Assembly: GCF_001194135.2 (NCBI RefSeq)
Contig: NC_068982.1
Coordinates: 168,558,520 to 168,622,519, forward strand
Length of the DNA stretch: 64,000 nucleotides
Reading direction: 5' to 3'
Source: Octopus bimaculoides
Lineage: Eukaryota
Positions 1 to 12,347 of the stretch are shown here, in pieces. Each line of letters begins with the position of its first letter. The stretch's first letter is position 1. The notes beneath the pieces were generated by a model. That model did not search any database. It was not told the origin of the DNA and saw nothing but the letters and a program-made list of their open reading frames with translations. Position numbers and translations under genes: made by a program.

Positions 1-344
1 CAAATACACGTAGACGAGGGCCTTACAATTGCCCATGGTTGCATGTGTTGTTCACACATATGATGCGGAATATGAACGTAAATAAATAAATTTAAATTTT
101 AAAAAAAAAAGTCTCTATCTGATCTGATATAAACGAAATTGTTACAAACACACATATGGACGCACATACTTACATATGAGCACGAACACTTAAGTGCGTG
201 CACATATATGAGCGTGCACACATACGAGCTTGCACACACTCACATGCTCATACCGAACAGTTTCAAAACAACGCCAAAACAACACCAAAACAACGCCAGA
301 TCATACATTCAAAATAAATGGAAGTGGAGAGACAAGTTACTAAC

Positions 345-505
345 GAGATTGCAAGAGTGCAATGAAATAATTTAACAATAAAACTATATAAATTAATAAA
401 CGACTGAACCAGTGCGTGTGTTTATTACCGGCATAATGCCTCTCCGAAGGTTTAATTGTATTTCTTTCAACACACGTATCCACATCAAGAATCTTGCACA
501 CGAAA
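345..505 (+). repeat. Half copy of the fold-back family seen at 49936-50220
   Basis: Shares gattgcaa..., tgaaccagtgNgtgtgtt and tttcaacacacg with the right arm at 50050-50220; runs into an N-gap. Confidence 0.45.
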
Positions 506-734
506 NNNNNNNNNNNNNNNNNNNNNNNNNNNNNNNNNNNNNNNNNNNNNNNNNNNNNNNNNNNNNNNNNNNNNNNNNNNNNNNNNNNNNNNNNNNNNNN
601 NNNNNNNNNNNNNNNNNNNNNNNNNNNNNNNNNNNNNNNNNNNNNNNNNNNNNNNNNNNNNNNNNATATATATATATATATATATACACACACAGAGAAA
701 GAGATTGACAATGAGTGAGTGAGTGAGTGAGTGA

Positions 735-870
735 GATTTCTTCCCGTACTCGACTGGTACGATATTTATCGATTCCGAAACGACGGAAGAGAAACTCGAC
801 TTTGGTGCATCTGAACTCAGCACACAGAGAACCGGGACGCAAGGCATTTCTATTCGACGTTTTAATAACT
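735..870 (-). mobile_element. Degenerate SINE family 1 fragment
   Basis: actggtac..atttatcga..ccgaaa..aaactcgact..tgaactcag matches the family-1 core. Confidence 0.55.
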
Positions 871-2098
871 CTAGAATGCATAAACACATACACACATAGG
901 GAGGGAGGGAGAGAGAAATTTACATTCGAAACACACACACACACACACACACATATATTTCTTTATTTATTTATATGTTTGTCCATATGTATGTAAGAAG
1001 ACAAATTCACTGTTTTAGTATAATTTTCTCTTGTTACAATAGATGAGTTTGAATCATGAGTTGTGGTTTCTTTTTTAGTCAGTTCAATATCAGACTGAAT
1101 GTCGTTAAAAGAAAAAGTCAAATATCTTTTCTATATGGATCACTATAATATGATAATATATTTTTCTGGATAAGATATCAATGTATATTATAAAGAGATG
1201 TATGGCTTTGTATTGACTTTTCATCATTCTAGGATTCCATAGTTACCTTAATTAAAGTTTTTTTATTTTGTTACAGTCTATTATAAAGTTATACATTTAT
1301 TTTTCCTTATATATAGATGTATTTTAAATATATTTTAGAATTCAAACAGGTATTTCAAACAATCGAGTTTATCGATTGTTTCCTATTTTCTTTTTTTTTA
1401 ATGTAATGTATTGAAATTGGAAAATTGATTTGGAATAGTTTTCCTGAATTTAATTCCCATTTATACCACTCAAGACATCAAGTTCAAGTGAAAACGTGGA
1501 TCACGAATAAATTATATTTTTAATCGGATGTAATTTGTCACGATTCTGAGGAATTCAATTCCACTGCTTCAATAGAAAAACGAAAAGAAATAAAACTATC
1601 TGACCTAAGTGGATGAGTTCGATATTTAGAATATTATTGGTGAAATTTGAACAGCTAGATTACAAGAATTATGTCCATAAAATATAATAGGCTTGTGTGC
1701 AAAGCAGGAGAGTGTTCTAACGCTTCAAATATATGCCCATGTTTGACGACAAAACCATATTTCACGAATATCAAATTTTTTTTATCTTTATGCCAATGTA
1801 TATCATCACTAGTTTTCTCAGACTTAAATGATATACGTTTACCGGTAAAACAATAGTATAAGAGTTATCTAAGAGAAAGCTGTATAATGATTCTACAATT
1901 GAACAACTAAAGTACAGGACGACTCATTATAATGTGAGACATTTTAAATGAAGTTAACTAGGGTTGGAACTAAACAAGTATGTTCATTAACGAAAGTGCA
2001 TAATACATAACCAAATTACAAATAAAATATGTCCTTGCGTTACAACACACTGTATAGTTACACACAAAATAAATTGAAATTTAGTCGTTATATAATAT

Positions 2099-2511
2099 TC
2101 TTTTCTACTCTAGGCATAAGGCTTGAAATTTTGGGGGAGGTGGTCAGTCGATTAGATCGATCCCAGTACGCAGCTGGAACTTAATTTATCGACCCCGAAA
2201 TGATGACAGGCAAAGTCTACCTCGGCGGAATTTGAACTCGGAACGTAAAGACAAACGAAGTACCGCTAAGCATTTCGCCCAGCGTGAGTCGTTATATAAT
2301 ATCCTTTTCTACTCTAGACACAAGGCCCGAAATTTTGTGGGGGAGGCGGTCAGATCGACTCCAATACGCAACTGGTACTTAATTTATCGACCCCGAAATG
2401 ATGACAGGCAAAGTCGACCTCGACGGAATATGAACTCGGAACGTAAAGACAGACGAAACACTGCTGAGCACTTTGCCCGGTGTGCTAACGTTTCTGCCAG
2501 CTCACTGCCTT
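2099..2511 (-). mobile_element. Two tandem tRNA-derived SINE family 1 copies (2099-2286, 2303-2511)
   Basis: On the reverse strand: A-box-like GCTGGCAGAAACGTTAGC, B-box GTTCRAATTCC and conserved core tttgcct.tcatc.tttcggggtcgataaattaagtaccag. The 16-bp sequence agtcgttatataatat occurs at 2083, 2287 and 2512. Confidence 0.85.
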
Positions 2512-2726
2512 AGTCGTTATATAATATTAAATCATGTATGTGTATATAGATTCGCTAGAACATACTTTATTAGTAATTATTATGCCAGTGACTCCCTTGA
2601 AGTCTTTCCTCCCACCCATACTGTTAACTTTCGTTACGAACGTTACTATATTCTTTTCTCTCTCCCACCCCTCTCTCATTCTTTCTCTTTCTAATTATCT
2701 CCCACTTTTTTTTCTCGCAGTATATA

Positions 2727-2938
2727 TAAAGAGTTGCAGAAACGTCCTGGCTTTGGGTAAAAGAAAACACAGGAGAATCAGTTAATTATGATTTTATTCA
2801 GCATATTTCCCTCTCAGATTGGCACACTTATTGCCGTGGGCCTCCAGGTTTTCTAAGCCCTGTAAAAGAAGTTGGAAGGTTGGCCTTCCAAAAAAGCCTT
2901 TTGTGATAACCTTAAAACCAGGAAATTTTCAGTATCCA

Positions 2939-2943
<5 letters not shown>
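2727..2943. mobile_element. Mariner-type MITE (copy 1)
   Basis: Terminal inverted repeats gagttgcagaaacgtcctggcttt / aaaaccaggaaattttcagtatccactcg; internal sequence homologous to 20682-20895. Confidence 0.7.
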
Positions 2944-2978
<35 letters not shown>

Positions 2979-2996
2979 AAACTTTTTATTTTATTT

Positions 2997-3412
2997 AGTC
3001 ATTGAACAGCGGCCATGCTGGGTCACCGACATGAAATTTTTTAAACGAATAAATCGCTGCCAGTATTTTCGTTTTAATTTTTAAGTCTGTTGAGTGATTC
3101 AGTATTTTCTTGTACCGAACCTGTAAGTTACAGGTGCGTAAACAAACTAACAACCGCTGTCAAACAATGGTGGGGTAACATACGCAGACACAAAGATACA
3201 CACCCATAGACATAAATGTATTTGTGTGTATTTATACACACGCGCGCACACGAACACACACACACATATACATAACGGACTTCCACTCTGTTTTCGCCTA
3301 TCAAATTCATTCACAAAGGATCTGTTGACCAGGCGTTATTGCAGAAGACATGCAATGGGAATGAATCTGAAATCATATTGTTGCAAAGTGAATTTCTTAA
3401 GCACACAGCCAT
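2997..3412 (-). mobile_element. Degenerate SINE family 2 copy with internal (CA)n/(TA)n
   Basis: Reverse complement of the 48267-48655 element (gtcattgaacagcggccatgctgg ... cttaagcacacagccata). Confidence 0.65.
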
Positions 3413-4699
3413 ATACATTTATACTTTGATAAGGAGATCTAATAACATCTTTGTTGCTAACACTAGTTTGGTTTAAAGAGCAGATCCAATCCAACAATCT
3501 GTGTTGTCTCTAAACATTCACACAATTAATGTCATTGAAATTCTCTCCTGTGCTTTCTGTTTTATATTTTGAAACCTTAAAAAAAGTTTTCTCTGCTAAA
3601 TGCTTTTATAACTTCCGTTAATATTTTATTTACAAAGACTGTATTTATGTTTGAATTATCTAACATTTTATGCGTCTTCTACTTTTACTTCTAGTTTCTG
3701 ATTATCTGATCAAACTGACAAAACTATTTTGATAATAAGCCAAGATCGAAATCAAATGTCGTCGAGTCAACTTATATTAAATCCGTTAGTCTACCGAAAC
3801 ATAAGCAAGGACTTTGGAAACCATACTCCGGATTTTAGCGGTCATTTCACTTGAAGAAGTCAGTGATTTTTAAGAAAACGTAGTTAAAAAGTAAAAATTC
3901 ATTTCAAAAGAAAATAATTTATTACTATAAGAGTAACTTGCATGCTATTTAAGTGTAGTGAATAAGTATATCGATATGCGAAGACAAGAAAATACATTGG
4001 AACAAATCTGAACTTTATAAGTTATTTTGCAATGTTTACTCCGACAGCCTAATTCTTGTTTGCAGATTATTGACAAAAAATATAATTTAACATCATTAAT
4101 GATCTTATCAGTCCTTAAAATTCATTATTTAACTATGAAAATATTTCACAATATTGACTCATTGTTATATCAATTTCTCCGTTTGCTGGATATCACTCTA
4201 TTTTTTCATACTTCTTTTCCTGGTTTCGATCATCACCTACAAATCATTGGATCACCTCGCAAGTGGTCCTGTTTCCTGTCCCATTTTACGGTACCACATA
4301 GTGGGATGAAACTCATACTACATTGGTTAAAAGCGAGATGCTTTACTACGCAGCCTGCAAATTATATGGACCTTCTTTCAGGATAATTGCTGAATTAGTA
4401 TGAATGACCAAACAACACTAAATGTTCCCATTAATCATGTTTTAAATAATTAGAATATAAAAGACCATTGCAATAGGTTATCAGAATCTACGGTGTGTCC
4501 TAGAAAATACCTTGGGGTATTTCATAGCGTCCCTTTACAACTCGCTTCAAATACCGCACGTATTGATTTTGCTTTTCCCCATTCCGCATTCGATAAAATA
4601 CCCCAGTACACTGGGATCGATGTAATCATTAACTTAACTCCTTGTCTATCAGCATCTATTTAACCCCTATGTTACAAATGAACATTACAAAATTTAAAG

Positions 4700-4810
4700 C
4701 AGTTGGATTAGCAGCGTTATATTGTAACGTCTGTTTAGTTCTGGGTTCAAATTCCGTCGAGGTCAACTTTATTATTTCATATTTCTGGTAGAGATAAAAT
4801 ATCTGTCAAT
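4700..4810 (+). mobile_element. Degenerate SINE family 1 fragment about 400 bp upstream of the GPCR exon
   Basis: gttctgggttcaaattccgtcgaggtcaacttt. Confidence 0.6.
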
Positions 4811-5197
4811 TCTTGAGTCACTTAAATAGATTCTATACTCACCTGTTATATGTGTGGATTTGTGTATATTTTCAAACTCAATAATTTAAAATCTGAAGCG
4901 TATACAAGCATTTGCACGCCTGTACTTTTATGGTCTTCCATACCACTCTGACTGTCAATGTATCATATCATATTCTTGTTTCGCATTACGAAGCTCTTGT
5001 ACTCTGTTTATCTTTCTTTATTTCTCTTGAAAGCACTTATGAAACATGAATGTTTTATAAGGTCGTTTCAGAAAAACATGCAATTTTTTTCAAAATGATA
5101 CATAATTTCCTTTTCTTCATAAAATATTCTGGTTTCTAATCAAGATGTTTATATTTCGTTTCACTTAAAACAATTAATCAATGATTTTTTTAAATAG

Positions 5198-5222
5198 TGT
5201 CTTTCTACTTTTCTCCTTACAG
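5198..5222 (+). promoter_or_regulatory. Probable 3' splice acceptor upstream of the GPCR start codon (5' UTR intron)
   Basis: tgtctttctacttttctccttacAG ends at 5222, 12 nt before the Kozak ATG; an alternative CAG ends at 5231. Confidence 0.6.
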
Positions 5223-5234
5223 AAATTCCAGACC

Positions 5235-6431
5235 ATGGCAATGCACAATTCACCGTATACAACTTGGAGTAGTGCGATGGATCTGAATCAGGCTACATTT
5301 GATCTCCAAGATTATCCTCGAACAGGAATGAATAACACTTTTCCTGCTTTCAATGATTCGAATAAATGCGACGAAATTCTATCATATTTGGCAGAACCAC
5401 CTCCACAACTATGTTTCTGGGTTAAATTTGCCCTAGGATTTTTCCTCAGCTGCTTGGCTGGACTAACTATTTCGGGCAACTGTTTAGTAATTGCAGCAGT
5501 ATTAACACACAATCACTTGAAAAGTTACACAAACGCCTTTGTTGTCTCCTTAGCCATTTCAGACACGCTTGTTGGCGGCGCCGTTATGCCCTATGCCATT
5601 AGACAGTTAATGTGGGATAACCACTGGGGCCATGGCCTCATTCTGTGTCGTATCATCATCTGCTTAGATGTAACATTCACAACAACCTCCATCTTTCATC
5701 TGGTCTGTTTGGCTGGAGATCGCTATCTCGCAATTTGTCGGCCATTTCAGCATCAGAAAGTAAAAAAGAGACATGTAGTTATTTCTATAATCCTTTGTTG
5801 GACAGTACCACTGCTAATTTCGTTTGTTCCTATCACCAACGAATGGAATTTGAAAGGCATAGAGGCAATATATGAATGTATAGCTCCACCTGGTAGTGAT
5901 GTGTGTATTTTTCTTGTTAACAAAGCATTTGCGTTTACGTGCTCAGCTGTAGCCTTTTATATTCCGTCCGCCTTCCTCGTAATGTGCAACGCACAGATTT
6001 ATACAGCGGCCAAAAGACAGGCAAAGCAAATAAGGACGCTTGAGCAAGCAATCATTCAGAACAAAAACAAACGAAAAGCCTTCAAACACGAAGCAAAAGC
6101 TGCTAAAACGTTAGGAATAATAATGGGATGCTTTTGTGTTTGTTGGTGCCCATTTTTCATTATAAATGTTATTGATGCTATTATCCAGTACCAAACACCC
6201 TACTACTTATGGCAGGTGGCGGTTTGGCTAGGATATAGCAACTCTACAATGAATCCTTTTTTATTTTATTTTTTTAATCGATCATTCCGAATAGCATTCC
6301 GTCGGATTCTAAGAATGAAAACGAACCACGGAACAGTGGGACAATGTGATGATTTGACCACTGCTGCAGCAGGTTCTCAAGGTTCTGACATCAATTGTAG
6401 GTATTTTCCAGCTCAAACAAATGGATTTTGA
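5235..6431 (+). CDS. HTR4: Intronless class A aminergic GPCR, 5-HT4 (serotonin receptor 4)-like, 398 aa
   Basis: Seven hydrophobic segments with GN (TM1), LAxxD (TM2), D3.32 (CLDVTFTT, codon 5667-5669), DRY (5718-5726), FYIP (TM5), CWCPFF (TM6) and WLGYxNS-NP (TM7). Motifs TTSIFHL, ISFVPI..W..GI, CIFLVNKAFAFTCSAVAFYIP, EAKAAKTLGIIMGCF and NRSFR closely parallel vertebrate 5-HT4 as I recall it (C5.42/S5.43/A5.46, N6.55). The ATG at 5235 is in ACCATGG context just after a polypyrimidine tract plus AG; the ORF-track start at 5181 is probably intronic. Aminergic GPCR is near certain; HTR4 orthology is less so. Confidence 0.85.
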   Translation: MAMHNSPYTTWSSAMDLNQATFDLQDYPRTGMNNTFPAFNDSNKCDEILSYLAEPPPQLCFWVKFALGFFLSCLAGLTISGNCLVIAAVLTHNHLKSYTNAFVVSLAISDTLVGGAVMPYAIRQLMWDNHWGHGLILCRIIICLDVTFTTTSIFHLVCLAGDRYLAICRPFQHQKVKKRHVVISIILCWTVPLLISFVPITNEWNLKGIEAIYECIAPPGSDVCIFLVNKAFAFTCSAVAFYIPSAFLVMCNAQIYTAAKRQAKQIRTLEQAIIQNKNKRKAFKHEAKAAKTLGIIMGCFCVCWCPFFIINVIDAIIQYQTPYYLWQVAVWLGYSNSTMNPFLFYFFNRSFRIAFRRILRMKTNHGTVGQCDDLTTAAAGSQGSDINCRYFPAQTNGF

Positions 6432-7313
6432 ATATACGAATGTATATANNNNNNNNNNNNNNNNNNNNNNNNNNNNNNNNNNNNNNNNNNNNNNNNNNNN
6501 NNNNNNNNNNNATATATATATATATATACCCAGTCATATTTGCAGATGTAGGTTTTGTGAAATCTTTATATTTGGTGCCATGATATTCCATGGTGTCCCT
6601 GGAAACAAATGGCTTTGAGAACATGCGATTATATTCTCTCATTCAATCTAAAGTGGACTCCAACTTTAACTGATTAAAGCATTCTGCTACTAGAATGACG
6701 GCTCAGATAGTTAATCTGTTGTATTTCTGAAGGAAAACAACTGTATTAAAACAGAAACTTTTCCCCATTTGTTTCCTTTATCTCAGTCAATAATTTCTGC
6801 TTCATCATATACACTACAATGGAAACAGTATATCCTATTTTTTAGCGTTTCTTAGCGTGAATTCAATCAACAGAAATACACAGATTTATCCCACTAAATC
6901 ACATAAGCTCTCTGCTCCAATTCTAAAACATCATTCGGAACAAACCTTGCTTCATTATTATTGGAGTGGGGGATTAAATTAAGTTATTTTGATGAGTACT
7001 TAACATCTATATTAACGAAATTTCATTTGAGGTTTGAATTTCTTTACTTTAGAAATTTGACTGGGAAAATGTAGAAACGCAAAATTTATTGGTAAAAGAG
7101 CTGAAATGATTACAAGATGTCTTATGGGACTAGGTTTCTACATCAGTGATACAGAAACATTATTGAAAATAATTTCGTGCATTCAGACAGTCCCCTAGTA
7201 CACAAAATATGCAACCATTTAATATGCAGAGACTGATTAATATATATATATATATATGTATGTATGTATATACATACATAAACACACATATACATAAGCA
7301 TATATACATACAG

Positions 7314-7360
<47 letters not shown>

Positions 7361-7391
7361 AACATAAATATGTGTCTGTGGTGTCTATATA

Positions 7392-7427
<36 letters not shown>

Positions 7428-7436
7428 TAGATATAG

Positions 7437-7477
<41 letters not shown>

Positions 7478-8459
7478 TGTATGTATGTATTTATATACGT
7501 ATATATATATGTATGCATGTATATATATATATAAACTGTATAACAATTCTTTGAGAGTTAGTTTAAAAAAAGAATTATATACTACTTAAATTTTACTAAA
7601 TAAATATCACAGATTTCAACGAAATAATTTCATAGTGCCTCTAACAATGCCCAAGAAAGCTCTCTGTGGGAAATGAACTTGTAGTCGCATTATCCTTCTC
7701 AGAGACTATAAACAGAATGATTGTATGTTAAAATCCTGTCAGGAAATTTAATCAAATTGACACATCCTTTCGGGAGATATTACAAATGCCTTCCGTGGAC
7801 TCGATCATAGAATCGAGTGTCCGTTGCCGCTTGCTATTCGGGAAGAATCACTCATGACTAGTAATTATTTTAGAAAATACAAGTGTAATACTCATTCAAA
7901 CAACATAAAAACTGTACATACTTGATTACACACAGAAACACACATATCTATCTATCTGTCTATATATAGTGTGTGGAAAGTGTTAAATTTCAATTGCATG
8001 TCTGGCGATATTTTCCACCATGGACGATTTTCAGTATATATTGCAGTTTGGTAAACCAATCATATTGCTCATTTAACTACTTTAATCTAATACATAAATG
8101 ATTAATATGTATTTTGAAATATTATTCACTTTCAAAGTAGTCAGCTTTTCACCTCTAATGCACTTACTTTTCAGAAAAATATGCTCATAACACAAATATT
8201 CCTGACGTTAATGAGAGGTTACAATCAGAATATATACTCCGACCAGATATGAAATAGTCAGAAACATCAGATGAAATTATTCATTTCACTTTCCTATAGC
8301 AGACTTTTCAATATTGTCCATTTTCTCTGGTGATCAGAGGTCAAATAGAAAATTTTAATTTTATGAGTGTTATAAGGACTTTGAACGATGACGGCAATAA
8401 GCAAATCAATTAATTTTCCTACTGGATATCTATAAAATATCCGAAACAAAGAAAAATAT

Positions 8460-8600
8460 TTCAGGGCCCCAGTATCATTGTCCTTCGATTTCGGATTGCG
8501 ATATTTATTGATAAAAAGCACTGCAAACAGAAGCGTAACTTCAACGGCATGTCTAAGAAATTGTACATCTGATACTCTAGCCAAAAGAAAAAAAAAGAAA
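8460..8600 (-). mobile_element. Possible decayed hAT transposase C-terminal fragment
   Basis: Minus-strand FLRHAVEVTLLFAV..KYRNPKSK loosely resembles the hAT dimerisation-domain motif LRKHAL..LFGSTY..K.KSK. Weak, recalled similarity only. Confidence 0.25.
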
Positions 8601-11600
8601 AAAAAGCAGGCCGTATTATCGCAATGTACCGTATGTAAAGAGTACCAATATCATAGTATATCAAAAAAGTATAATGAACAAAGTTATTCTGAAATATATG
8701 GAGATGGCATTTCAATGCAAGCTTCTAATTAATGTTTTACATTTTCACTATCCATAAACAATAAATGCTCACCACTGATGAAATCCAAGCTTTGTGGGGC
8801 CAGAATTACATCTCCTAGATTAATTTCATGTTATGAAATGTATATAGCCAAAGCTACATGTACCTATTTATAAATTTAATTTCTTCTACGACAACTTTCA
8901 GCCTGCAAGGTATATTTTTGCTGTCAGGAATCACATTATTGCAGTCTGAACGTGAATTTCTTCATGTTTAATGATCTCATCCATCCTGTTGAATCCAGAA
9001 CCTACTTCAATAAGGAATCTTGTGACGAATGTTTAAATATGAATATTACTTTATATACGACACCATTTAATGCTATAAGACACGGTTGAAAAAATCTCAC
9101 GCACAGACAGACCTTTTTTGCAAGCCCGAGTGAAAGCCGAATAAAAGTTCCTTGCAAACATCAACAAAACATTGCACTTGATATTTATTTCTCTAAAGGG
9201 AAATAGAATACTCTTGATACGTCTAGTTAAACAAGAGCTTATTTTATCGTTTTCATTCATAGATAAAAAGAAAAGTTACTTGGAATTTGCAAACAGGTCT
9301 GGTTTCGGTTTACTTAAAATATTTTTCCATCGCACAGACATTTCTCAAGTACAAAATTGGCAGCGAAAAGGGGATGAATGAAGGTTATACCTTTGAGTGG
9401 CATGGATTATATATAAGTGTATAGAGAACTATAGACATGCCTGTGTATATATGTATATATGATTAAAAAATATATTATATAGTTTACCCGGAGCTATTGT
9501 ATTGACCAAAACTATAATATTATATCAAGGATTATGCAGTGACACACAGTAAAGGTCATGGTGTATGACGGATTTGCTCTGGATTGTATTTATTCTTAAA
9601 CAAAAAGTACTTTCAGACATGATATTAAAGACTGGTTGTGAGATATAAATCTAGAATAATCGTTGCTAAATATTACCATTGTTTTAGCTTTAATTTTATA
9701 CAGGTATAAGATATATATCACCTGATTAATTTCGGATGATTCATTTCAATATCTCGTTCATTTTGTAGGTAACCTGTACGTTGTTAGCGTATCGTATCAT
9801 ATGTATATATAATTTGCATTTTATTTATACACTGTTTGGATAGAATAATCAGATGTCATCTTTATATCATTCCTGTACATTTTGTACATTGTTTAGACAG
9901 ACTTTTGTAATCATCTGTACATGGTTTAAATATTGTTAGGCTTTCATCTTCACAGCATTTGAAAATCGTATCGAAATTGCTTGGCTGTCTGTCACATATT
10001 ACTTGTATACTATTCGTATATTATTTATATATGTTGATATTTGTATGGGTGTCAATCATAAGGCCTGACGTGAATTTCTGCATTGAGAAGACAGAATTCA
10101 AGTGACCTAAAATCAGAAAAACATTCGTTTGGAAGCCCGAATGCTCAGAACACCGAATTTGGGAAATATTTTTATAAGGGGCACAACGGTCTTATAAGTC
10201 ATGTCTTTGCCATTTTAGAAGGAGGTTTAATATAACATATTTTTATTATGCTTGGTCAGAGTAACAAAGACAGATGTGATATAATAATAGTTTAATGTAA
10301 GGATACGATATCGAAGATCTAAGTAAAAACTTGAATAGATTATTAATATTTATTAATTACTTCCTTTATATAAATTGTTTCATTATTGAATATTTTCTTT
10401 TTTTCTAATATGAACATAAAACAATCAAACAATTGAAAGGATGAATTTTAAATATATTGGCAATGGAAGATATGAAAGTGTAAGGAGTGCATCAAAACTC
10501 CTAACGGTTTTTATGTTTGTGTATGTATTGAAAGAAAAGAAGTAAAATATTTAATACTGAAAGAATTTAAACAATACTTATTAAAGAACGAAGTGTTCCA
10601 TTAAAAAGCTGGTTACGTTATCACTTGCTTTCAACATCTCATTCCAACAATACACTTTTGAGTAATTATTTTGGTGTAAGCAAATGTTCTCAATATACCT
10701 GGCTTGCCTTTGTTATTTCGTTGTTATATATTTTACAAATAAACTCCGTTTTAAAACTAAATACATGCATTTAAGAGTGTTTCACTTTCTAAAATGCTTA
10801 TTCTGCTGTGGCATAACAAAACAGTACAATATGTCCCTCGAATGAACTAGCTTTTAAAACTGTAAATAAGTGGGGGGGGGTTACTATTCCCCTAAAATGT
10901 ATATTCCACCTAAAACATCAACATTCGGTGTTACGAGAATTCGGTCTCTCAAGTTTTCCGTATCATGATTTATACTTCATCTAAATTCAGCCTTCTCATG
11001 TCCGGCCATTTTACGTTCAGACTTATGACCGAAACTCTATTCGTATATCGTCTATACACAGCTGTGATTGTATCAGAATATCCATTTGAACATAGTTAAT
11101 TGGAACCAATCACTGTTTGTTTGCATCACAATGTTGGCAGTACGAATAACTATATCATATGCATGCACACACACACACACACATGATTGTGTGTATGTAT
11201 GTAATATGCATATAAATATACATATACATATATATGTACATCAACTATATATATATAGATACACACACACGCATATATATATATGCGTGCAAACATATAT
11301 ATATGTATGTTTATGTGTGTGCATATGTGTGTGCATGCGTGTGCGTGTGAGTGCGTGCGTGTGTGTGTGTGTGAGTGTGTGTGTGTGCGTGTGTGTATGT
11401 TTGTAGAATCCGTATTTTTTTCACGGTTATTAAAGTTACACGAAATAATAATTTGTAATTGATTTGTGGAAAAAATTTATTTTATGCATTCTTGATAGTC
11501 GAAAGCCAAAGTCTCATAAATCGTTTATGTTTATATCTGTTCTTTCTTAATGTCTTTTCTTTTCTTTTTGTCATATTTATTATATTATATTCCACGAGAT

Positions 11601-12075
11601 ACCAAACTAATATATGTTGAGTAGTCATCTGTAGAATTTATTTTATTGAAATGCAAGAAAATTCTGGTGACATGACTCAGAAAACAAAGATGAGAAGATT
11701 ATACAAGCATAGAACAAATAAGCGGTGAAGTGAAAACGAAGAGGAGGCGGATGAAGGAAGGTGACAGACGTTATCTGGTGAAGTCCTATAGAATTATGAA
11801 TATTTTAAACTTGATACGTTTTAGAGCATCGGCTGTGACGTCAAAGCTGCATAATTTTTACTTTAAGCAATTAATGACCATCTAGTCCTTGCGTGGTGCG
11901 TAATGGTCTTGTTTTGTTTTGTCTTTTGTGATGTTGAGGTAGATAAACGAATTAATATTTAATTTTCACCAATGTATGCCTCTGTAGAAATTGAAAACTT
12001 TCGTAATATATATACACATTCAAACACATACCCATACAATAATATAAATATATATTCACACGTATATATACGTGA

Positions 12076-12137
<62 letters not shown>

Positions 12138-12248
12138 ATATANNNNNNNNNNNNNNNNNNNNNNNNNNNNNNNNNNNNNNNNNNNNNNNNNNNNNNNNNN
12201 NNNNNNNNNNNNNNNNNNNNNNNNNNNNNNNNNNNNNNNNNNNNNNNN

Positions 12249-12284
<36 letters not shown>

Positions 12285-12312
12285 TGTATATATATATGCA
12301 TGTATATATATG

Positions 12313-12347
<35 letters not shown>

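Noticed and set aside
5181-5234. ORF-track start of the GPCR (MIFLNSVFLLFSLQ)
   Set aside because: It overlaps a polypyrimidine tract and acceptor; the Kozak ATG at 5235 is the better start.
11836-11843. Perfect CRE palindrome TGACGTCA downstream of a putatively Gs-coupled receptor (another at 36035-36042)
   Set aside because: One or two 8-mer hits in 64 kb is near chance; the second lies inside a SINE; no supporting context.
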